Source: Macrostomum lignano (Eukaryota). From it: DNA of 64,000 nt. Shown here in pieces: positions 56,801-64,000 of the stretch. The translations under genes were made by a program, and so were the position numbers. Position 1 is the stretch's first letter; every line of letters begins with the position of its first letter. The notes beneath the pieces were generated by a model. That model saw nothing but the letters and a program-made list of their open reading frames with translations. It made no database searches and was not told the DNA's origin. The stretch is from positions 647,693-711,692 of the forward strand of contig NIVC01000181.1 in NCBI GenBank assembly GCA_002269645.1, read 5' to 3'.

Positions 56801-59800
56801 TACCCCAGTGTCTAACTCTGTCTACATCTGTGTCTATCTCAGCGTCTCCATCTATCTACCTGACTACCTTAGTGTCTACCTCAGTGTCTGCCTGTATCTA
56901 CTTCAGTGTCTATCTCAGTGTCTGCCTCAGTGTCTACACCGCTCAGTGTCTATCTGTACCTCAGTGTCTTCCCCAGTGAGTCTCAGTGCCTGTCTCAGTG
57001 TCTATCTGTACCTCAGTGTCTTCCCCAGTGAGTCTCAGTGCCTGTCTCAGTGTCTATCTGTACCTCAGTGTCTTCCCCAGTGAGTCTCAGTGCCTGTCTC
57101 AGTGTCTATCTGTACCTCAGTGTCTTCCCCAGTGAGTCTCAGTGCCTGTCTCAGTGTCTATCTGTACCTCAGTGTCTTCCCCAGTGAGTCTCAGTGCCTG
57201 TCTCAGTGTCTATCTGTACCTCAGTGTCTTCCCCAGTGAGTCTCAGTGCCTGTCTCAGTGTTTGAATTTTCTTACGTCTTGGTGTGTGCGTACTGTTTAA
57301 TAAACTATATTTATTTATGAATTCAGCTAAGCAAAATATGAATAAACAGCCGCCACAGTCAGTCACACAGCCTGATCTGATCTAGCTGAACTGATAGATT
57401 GCCATTCAGAACCGAGCCCTGCTGACTCATGCCGACAATCTCTCCAACTGTTCGTCACTCAATACACAGTGTATTAGTATATTATATTTAGCAATATTAT
57501 TATACTGAAGCCCTAGGGTTCGTGTCGGATTATGCAAAAACAGGAGCCGAGTCAGGAAGGGAGAGGATCTCACTGTGGCCCGGACCGCAGTAGTTTAACT
57601 GCAGTTGAACACTCCGCTATTACGTAATCGATGCGGATTTACTGCGTCCTGTCAGACTAGCAGGAAAAGGAATGAAAGAGTCGTCGGGGAGAAAAAAGCC
57701 AGAGTGGGATTTTTGCATAAGGGGAGAGAAGATAAGACCTGCATAGAGAAGATGAGGAGAGGCAGAATGGGGAAATTGATGGGGAGAATGAGTATATTGA
57801 TGGGGAGAATGAGTATATTGATGGGGAGAATGAGTATATTGATGGGGAGAATGGGGATATTGATGGGGAGAATGGGGAAATTGATGGGAGAATGGGGATA
57901 TTGATGGGGAGAATGGGGATATTGACGGGGAGAATGAGAATACTGACGGGAAGAATGGGGAGAATGGGGAAATTGATGGGAGAATGAGAATACTGATGGG
58001 GAGAATGAGGATATTGATGGGGAGAATGAGGATATTGATAGGGAGAATGGGGAAATTGATGGGGAGAATGAGAATACTGATGGGGAGAATGGGGATATTG
58101 ATGGGGAGAATGAGGATATTGATAGGGAGAATGAGGATACTGATGGGGAGAATGAGGATATTGATGGGGAGAATGAGGATATTGATAGGGAGAATGGGGA
58201 AATTGATGGGGAGAATGAGAATACTGATGGGGAGAATGGGGATATTGATGGGGAGAATGAGGATATTGATAGGGAGAATGAGGATATTGATGGGGAGAAT
58301 GAAGATATTGATGGGGAGAATGAGGATATTGATAGGGAGAATGGGGAAATTGATGGGGAGAATGAGAATACTGATGGGGAGAATGAGGATATTGATGGGG
58401 AGAATGAGGATATTGATAGGGAGAATGAGGATATTGATGGGGAGAATGAAGATATTGATGGGGAGAATGGGGATATTGATGGGGAGAATGGGATATTGAT
58501 GGGGAGAATGAGAATACTGATTCTACCTGTGTCTACTGATGGGGAGAATGAGGATATTGATAGGGAGAATGGGGAAATTGATGGGAGAATGAGAATACTG
58601 ATGGGGAGAATGAGGATATTGATGGGGAGAATGAGGATATTGATAGGGAGAATGATGATATTGATGGGGAGAATGAAGATATTGATGGGGAGAATGGGGA
58701 TATTGATGGGGAGAATGAGAATACTGATTCTACCTGTGTCTACTGATGGGGAGAATGAGGATATTGATAGGGAGAATGGGGAAATTGATGGGAGAATGAG
58801 AATACTGATGGGGAGAATGAGGATATTGATGGGGAGAATGAGGATATTGATGGGGAGAATGAGGATATTGATGGGGAGAATGGGGATATTGATGGGGAGA
58901 ATGAGAATACTGATGGGGAGAATGGGGATATTGATGGGGAGAATGAGGATATTGATAGGGAGAATGATGATATTGATGGGGAGAATGAAGATATTGATGG
59001 GGAGAATGGGGATATTGATGGGGAGAATGAGAATACTGATTCTACCTGTGTCTACTGATGGGGAGAATGAGGATATTGATAGGGAGAATGGGGAAATTGA
59101 TGGGAGAATGAGAATACTGATGGGGAGAATGAGGATATTGATGGGGAGAATGAGGATATTGATAGGGAGAATGGGGAAATTGATGGGGAGAATGAGAATA
59201 CTGATGGGGAGAATGGGGATATTGATGGGGAGAATGAGGATATTGATAGGGAGAATGAGGATATTGATGGGGAGAATGAAGATATTGATGGGGAGAATGA
59301 GGATATTGATGGGGAGAATGAGGATATTGATGGGGAGAATGGGGATATTGATGGGGAGAATGGGGATATTGATGGGGAGAATGGGATATTGATAGGGAGA
59401 ATGGGGATATTGATGGGGAGAATGAGAATACTGATTCTACCTGTGTCTACTGATGGGGAGAATGAGGATATTGATAGGGAGAATGGGGAAATTGATGGGA
59501 GAATGGGGATATTGATGGGGAGAATGAGGATATTGATGGGGAGAATGAGGATATTGATGGGGAGAATGAGGATATTGATAGGGAGAATGAGGAAATTGAT
59601 GGGGAGAATGAGAATACTGATGGGGAGAATGGGGATATTGATGGGGAGAATGAGGATATTGATAGGGAGAATGAGGATATTGATGGGGAGAATGAAGATA
59701 TTGATGGGGAGAATGAGGATATTGATGGGGAGAATGAGGATATTGATGGGGAGAATGAAGATATTGATGGGGAGAATGAGGATATTGATGGGGAGAATGA

Positions 59801-62800
59801 GGATATTGATGGGGAGAATGAGGATATTGATGGGGAGAATGAGGATATTGATAGGGAGAATGAGGATATTGATGGGGAGAATGAAGATATTGATGGGGAG
59901 AATGAGGATATTGATAGGGAGAATGGGGAAATTGATGGGGAGAATGAGAATACTGATGGGGAGAATGGGGATATTGATGGGGAGAATGAGGATATTGATA
60001 GGGAGAATGGGGAAATTGATAGGGAGAATGAGAATACTGATGGGGAGAATGAAGATATTGATGGGGAGAATGAGGATATTGATAGGGAGAATGAGGATAT
60101 TGATGGGGAGAATGAAGATATTGATGGGGTAAATGTGGAAATTGATGGGAGAATGGGGAATTCAAAGTAAGATGGGAAATGGAAAATGGGAAATAGATAG
60201 GGAGGATGAGAGAAGGCATGGAGAGAATGGTAAGATGCTAATCCCAAATCGCATTTCATAAAATTCAAACAGAAGTATTAAGAGGGTAACGACTGATGGA
60301 GCAGATTCTGTGTCAAAATGAAACTGATATAACGCTTCATAAACTCGTACTTTTCCACTTCTCCACGCCATCTCCGCTGGGGCAAGATTTCTAGGAAATA
60401 TAGTGTGCGATGGGAAAAGAAGACTGAAGAGCGCCAGGGATAGACAGGGGGAGCAGCTCGCGCCGGGATTAGGATGGTTTGGAATGAGATGAAGTGCTGC
60501 TGCTGCTGCGTAGTAAGCTTCCACTCAGCTCCCCCTCCCTGAGCTCGCTGGCGCCCAGGGCAGCTGCGGAGTTCCGCCGGGAACCCTGGAGATAGACAAG
60601 CAACGGCACAGACAGACAGATATGACTGACTCAATCGCCAAGCTAAAGCTTAATATTAGAACGTATAACAGACTCTCCAATCTTGTGCGCTATCTAGCAA
60701 TTGATCATCCAATTTCAATTTATATATATGATGCTATTTCTGTACAATATCGGAAATTGCACTGAGTTCGCTGTTATCAGTTTGAGATATATTTAATGTA
60801 TAGAAGTGGGAGAATGGGTAGATGCAGTGGGAGAATGGGTAGGTGGAGTGGGAGAAAAGTAAGTTTCTTCAAGAGAAAAGTAAAACAGCCAGTTGTACTT
60901 ATAAAGAAAGTGCAAAAGCATGAAATCGGGTTGAGCTGGCGTGATCAGGCAAGCCTAAAAACTGTCAGTGAGTAGCCATAATCTCCTCAGTGCTCCGCCA
61001 AGCTACTTCAAGCTTGACTTCGAAGCGTAGAAGTGCGTGCAGGATAGGGGATAGGGGAGAGAATGGGGAGGCAAGCAGATAGCGGATTTGATTGATTGAG
61101 TCACCTCCCTCAACTCTTATTTGGCTCAAGCTATCTCTAATTTGTTTCCCCTAACCTGCATTCTCTGCCTTACCCTAATAATTGTCACTATAGAAATTTT
61201 TTTATGATTTAGACAACACAACTATTTTCTATGAAGGAAGACTACTTCCTTGATTTAGAACTGAATAATATCGACTTCTTATGTTTTTAATGACTTTCTC
61301 ATTATATGGTAACGAAAAGGAAATTATACACACTATGACTGCAGCATCGGCATGCAGTAGAACTGTTGGTGTGCATAGCTGTGCTCGGGATCGATATTGG
61401 CTGAAGGCAGCCAGAGGCAAAAGACAGGGGGGAAGAGAACCGCATAAGAGCCCTACTAATCAAATTATTTAGACCATGTCGCTGGGCACGGGAGGGATTG
61501 GAGAAGGCCAAAAGAGGTTGACAGCCACGAGTTGCAAGTGGGGGGGATGGATCAGAGAAGGGAAGGTGTCGATGAGGAACGGAGGCTGGCTGCTAATTGG
61601 GGACCGGGGTCGCTGAGAATTGGGAAGAGACAAGAAAGAGAAGGAGGAGAGGGAGACGGTGAAAGGCGAGAAGGGGGAGGCGGAGTCCCAGTTTACGGAT
61701 AGGAACAAAATAATAAATTAAATGTATGCATATATTAGAAACTGGGAGCAATCGCCAACAAAAAACAACCCTGAAATCTGGTTGAATTTCTGCAGCCGAA
61801 GCAAAGTAGGATATTTTTGGAACAGGGAAAGACGAAGGTCGCGAGGGCTCATCTCAAATCTGGGACAATTTTTATAACTTTTCTTTCCACTGTAAATAAC
61901 AGACCTAATGATGAGTGACTCTGGATCTGAAACCCAGGGCTAAATTCAATGTAGTATAGTAACAAGGACACCTAGGAAATGCGTATTTCATATTCATGCT
62001 TATTGGCGTTAACAGTATAGACTGTGGACTGTGATCTGCCGCATGCCAACACAGACTAATAGGCTGTGATCTGCCGAAAGAACAGACACACTGAGCCATC
62101 ACCAAAATGACCAGACTCACTGAGCCATCACCAAAATGACCAGACTCACTGAGCCATCACCAAAATGACCAGACACACTGAGCCATCACCAAAATGACCA
62201 GACTCACTGAGCCATCACCAAAATGACCAGACACACTGAGCCATCACCAAAATGACCAGACACACTGAGCTGGCACCAAAATGACCAGACACACTGAGCT
62301 GGCACTAAAATGACCAGACACACTGAGCCATCACCAAAATGACCAGACACACTGAGCCATCACCAAAATGACCAGACACACTGAGCCATCACCAAAATGA
62401 CCAGACACACTGAGCCATCACCAAAATGACCAGACTCACTGAGCCATCACCAAAATGACCAGACACACTGAGCCATCACCAAAATGACCAGACACACTGA
62501 GCCATCACCAAAATGACCAGACACACTGAGCCATCACCAAAATGACCAGACACACTGAGCCATCACCAAAATGACCAGACACACTGAACCATCACCAAAA
62601 TGACCAGACACACTGAGCCATCACCAAAATGACCAGACTCACTGAGCCATCACCAAAATGACCAGACACACTGAGCCATCACCAAAATGACCAGACACAC
62701 TGAGCCATCACCAAAATGACCAGACACACTGAGCCATCACCAAAATGACCAGACACACTGAGCCATCACCAAAATGACCAGACACACTGAACCATCACCA

Positions 62801-63648
62801 AAATGACCAGACACACTGAGCCATCACCAAAATGACCAGACACACTGAGCTGGCACCAAAATGACCAGACACACTGAGCTGGCACCAAAATGACCAGACA
62901 CACTGAGCCATCACCAAAATGACCAGACACACTGAGCTGGCACCAAAATGACCAGACACACTGAGCCATCACCAAAATGACCAGACACACTGAGCCATCA
63001 CCAAAATGACCAGACTCACTGAGCCATCACCAAAATGACCAGACACACTGAGCCATCACCAAAATGACCAGACACACTGAGCCATCACCAAACTCACTCT
63101 CGCATGGTCTTCAGCCTCACAGCCCGATCCGGCTGGTCGATGGCTGCCAGCAGCGCGGCCTCGCCGTCCCTGCCAAACACGCCGTCAGGAATGGCCAGCA
63201 GAAACTTCTTGGCCACATTGGCAGCGGTCCAATAATTATAATCCCGCCAATCGATGGGCCGACCTTCGCCAAGGCATCGAATAATGCGCTTCATGTCGCC
63301 GGGATTGCCGGGCCGCCTGAACAGGTCGTTGACCGCCACCCCGTCCCGAGCGACATGAACAAGAAGGTCGCACAGAGGCGTAGGCAGGGAGCCGCCGGAG
63401 ACTCGGCAAACCTCGGCGAGTGGCACGCCGAATTTCAAGCGACTGGTGGACTGTTGAAGAAGCAGCTGGTGAGCCGCCTGATGCTGCTGCTGCTGTTGTT
63501 GCTGCTGCTGACCGGACAGCTGACAATGCCGATCGATGGGCGATGACGTCATTCCCTGGTCAGAATCGTCCGCCGTGGAATCCCTGGCCGGCCCTGCCCG
63601 ATGGCGCCTGGCTCTGACGCAGGCAAACAAAGAGCGGACTAAGGACAT
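44835..63648 (-). CDS. Host RhoGAP-domain gene. Exons approx 63648-63098, 56013-55845, 55612-55477, 47084-46750, 45245-44835.
   Basis: KFGVPLAEVC ... DLFRRPGN (arginine finger) ... AANVAKKFLLAIPD; the domain continues in IIRGLSPPVRQLTSLLF and HAAKVMEALI exons. All four GT-AG junctions are phase-compatible (2,0,1,0). Start codon is tentative. Confidence 0.85.
45293..46146. repeat. 18 bp minisatellite (GGATCCATTGGGACCTGA), about 47 units, in the last RhoGAP intron
   Basis: Direct. Confidence 0.96.
47228..47510 (+). mobile_element. Probable tRNA-derived SINE
   Basis: Pol III A-box-like TGGTCTAGTGATTAG, B-box GGTTCGATT, body TGTGTCTTTAACCAAGAGACGTAAC resembling CORE/V/Meta-SINE domains, TTATT tail. 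Confidence 0.55.
49160..49288. repeat. 43 bp minisatellite, left half (3 units), split by the LTR element
   Basis: TAGGGTCTGGTAGAGAGTGGTTTACAATGGGTGTTTATGGGGT; continues at 55276-55445. Confidence 0.92.
49671..52421 (-). CDS. pol: BEL/Pao pol C-terminal half (RT end, RNase H, integrase). Open frame is longer than the track ORF.
   Basis: Manual translation is uninterrupted from NLIVGTDTEEDAAR through LLGLTWD, YDPAG, FSDGAPGAYG, AKTRLAP, PRLEL, NPAD, the HHCC finger and DDE (VDQLGP, LDQATAF, AVERLV). Confidence 0.93.
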   Translation of the reverse strand, partial: NLIVGTDTEEDAARLVRGLRELFRRACFHLREFATNLPNCLSTIPSEDCIRSHKVGLLGLTWDTSADRIALKKPNLPRPEELTRRRLCQGVHTPYDPAGYAAPLILSGRLLYRQAFQASDSWDEAARPEIRDAWAKLLPDLLRLDEINVPRFVAQDAGQPVRLVIFSDGAPGAYGFTIYIWQSLGSSITCRLVFAKTRLAPAAKKGLLVTVPRLELWSALIATRAASVILDALRDHLKFEGVTHFIDSQIVLHWLANGAKLRDYESRRVQQILDSDVTRDYRYVPTAENPADHCTKPLSLAQLQQSSFYEGPAFLKRPFLDWPSWTASAPDPCLLKGVPARKKPTTLGATLIATGSAACATPGHLSLERSNRLEHILGVTCYLIRLKAYIQRRQFSKDFPPSHAERQTALLLWIRVAQTECYGTVIQALECGRPKSEKIITQLDLHLCDGFIRLGSRFANASMDEDSKYPLLLPPGHRLTRLLILLIHRQNSHAGASTVLAILRDKYWVPKGLLTVRDALSDCIQCRLAKGSTRAPPAHGQLPKERLDAEAGPFASVLVDQLGPVFTYDHKLRVSTKRWALLITCCTSRALHIEILYDYSADAVLHAFERFWCRRGLTKCTVYLDQATAFQAAGKFIENHIATDFQKKLHNNLGPLAASRPLVFKFAPARAPWHQGAVERLVALTKSSLRPALWRKRISDEELHTLLVKIEAILNCRPLTTVSNDPADPSPLTPAHLLGVGPHLLLPGHHDAFLPAGTSTADRLRALHRRRDAILNEFWGRWRQEYLSHLRSVHLQERHRHRQHTSDGISFQPGQACLLAEPTPRATWKVCRILQLHPDPTGVVRYVTIRTVSGHDVRRSIGHLVPLECDINGPLAGPPAGPPAGPPAGPPAGPPVRPPTGQSPRDKRAIRRQKNP
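52430..52687 (-). mobile_element. Internal 258 bp LTR of a sister BEL/Pao subfamily, with its 3' UTR (52688-~52840) and a 5-nt PBS stub
   Basis: Same termini TGTCGA...TCCGACA but a diverged middle; flanked by GGCTCGGGGGCCAACAGG as at 49550 and by TACCAAAAT as at 55006-55014. Confidence 0.9.
52794..54989 (-). CDS. gag-pol: BEL/Pao gag plus RT N-terminal half
   Basis: LPTFDG..FWDAF..DKFEAL (DUF1759-type gag); LPHFPVIKE, IRPVVDAS, LNDLLEPGPNL, DLKAAFYQI, FTRIVMGASPSP, YVDN. Confidence 0.92.
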   Translation of the reverse strand: MVITRSTTDQSGDQTQQSENNHLSASAEATTAAEQPPAESSDPPPAASSATTSAPPAAPSSAPIPATAPTASVDVNALIASMTAMMQQNQQLIQQLAATVRPASTPTASTPASDAHDPAGLIRSTILKNVHLPTFDGTDPAAFPGFWDAFVYRVDRSSLNDVDKFEALRGLLSGSALKKLGALNAYQPNAYAEACRVLQANYADTQEQKNASFQRLLALHCNSASDIDELETYTDALRLATGQLLRLGEPASTIDGYVYALWSRLPIELQSEIRNLRAANGQPLMPTMTQLQGHLDYKLKTLRAASTTPLAVPFASAIFLGNASSQPPQARSTGNRLSSDAYRPDPAPCADIKSRPAAKLSSTASQEPKSSCPCSDASQPISPNVPAQALRPTLTACPTPFGAILDGSLDTTASRLNGFLSSSQVVIANTFPNNDGLHLDRLLDSMSNLEALGTAKDAERPDARNDRSQERLPDSIMRDTDGRISVDLPFEPGAELLPSNFGQAFGSAQATHRRLSLPEREAYYAEFEKRKQEGVLERVSPGQAAGPVIQILPHFPVIKENSNMTKIRPVVDASAKTSLAGATLNDLLEPGPNLLTSMLQVLLVHRAHRFSISSDLKAAFYQIGVHEPLRDALRIILPKDITKPLVQGNFELWRFTRIVMGASPSPWILLAVLHKICLDAINSGDSDLTRPELERIIGGLYVDNLVIGADTKEDDARPVCRLGFRPGIVTT
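54993..55010 (-). promoter_or_regulatory. Primer-binding site complementary to initiator tRNA-Met 3' end
   Basis: Plus strand AACCACGCTCTGCTACCA matches the metazoan tRNAi-Met 3' end pattern (..AACC.x.CTCTGCTACCA), 4 nt from the LTR. Confidence 0.75.
55276..55445. repeat. 43 bp minisatellite, right half (about 4 units)
   Basis: Same unit as 49160-49288. Confidence 0.92.
56125..56830. repeat. 10 bp-based satellite (TCTACCTGTG) with longer derived units
   Basis: Direct. Confidence 0.92.
56945..57262. repeat. 52 bp minisatellite x6
   Basis: CAGTGTCTATCTGTACCTCAGTGTCTTCCCCAGTGAGTCTCAGTGCCTGTCT. Confidence 0.92.
57770..60130. repeat. 21 bp purine-rich satellite (GATGGGGAGAATGAGGATATT)
   Basis: About 110 units with variants. 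Confidence 0.96.
62085..63085. repeat. 29 bp satellite (ACTGAGCCATCACCAAAATGACCAGACAC)
   Basis: About 34 units, starting immediately after the RhoGAP donor site. Confidence 0.96.
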
Positions 63649-64000
63649 TGGAGCCAGAAGACTGCGGTAGTTGGAATTGGCCGCACGCACAATTATCGAT
63701 TATAATATCGATTTATTGCTTGGCGCAGTCTGGCTGAACCTGGGGAGAGCTGGCGGCCCAGTCTGGCCACCACCCCAGAGGGCCGTCACTGCTGCTGGAG
63801 CTGCGCACAAGCTGGCTAACACTGGGGCCCCGGTTGGTGACACAGGGTTTGCGGAGAGAACAGCAACTGCGCTTATGCTCAGGCTGCAGGAGGTTAAGAT
63901 TAATGGAAAAATTAGTTAGTAATACTATAAAAAGTTGCTATGCTTGCTATTTTATATTCTATATAATATGATAACAATAACAATAATATTAATAAATTAC

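Noticed and set aside
57605-60268. MGRMRIL and HQYPHSP repeat ORFs
   Set aside because: 21-bp satellite
60162-60634. Possible extra RhoGAP exon
   Set aside because: Exons at 63098 and 56013 already join in phase and complete the domain; no RhoGAP motif here

Overview
Repeat-rich eukaryotic (metazoan) genomic DNA with GT-AG introns. The (GACA)n microsatellites and many minisatellites are consistent with a flatworm such as Macrostomum, but that is inference only. (1) 1-~9.7 kb is the right part of a largely intact Polinton/Maverick (adintovirus-like) endogenous virus, all genes on the minus strand. Core genes: packaging ATPase (runs off the left edge and is missing from the ORF track), adenain protease, major capsid, pVII-like core protein, split penton and chromodomain integrase. 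An unusual accessory block follows: a divergent TATA-binding-protein-like ORF, an OB-fold SSB-like ORF, a PC4-like ORF and a Fic AMPylase. A TATAAATA(A/G)A-type box precedes each apparent transcription unit. (2) 11-35 kb holds host genes, including two tandem paralogues with an RBD/ubiquitin-like domain and conserved intron phases. (3) A single-exon five-domain Kazal inhibitor lies at 36.6 kb. (4) A five-exon RhoGAP gene spans 44.8-63.6 kb. One of its introns carries a young BEL/Pao LTR retrotransposon with identical outer LTRs, a 5-bp TSD and a third, internal LTR from a sister subfamily. About 20 tandem arrays account for all the very long repetitive ORFs. All protein assignments come from motif recognition by eye; no searches were run.
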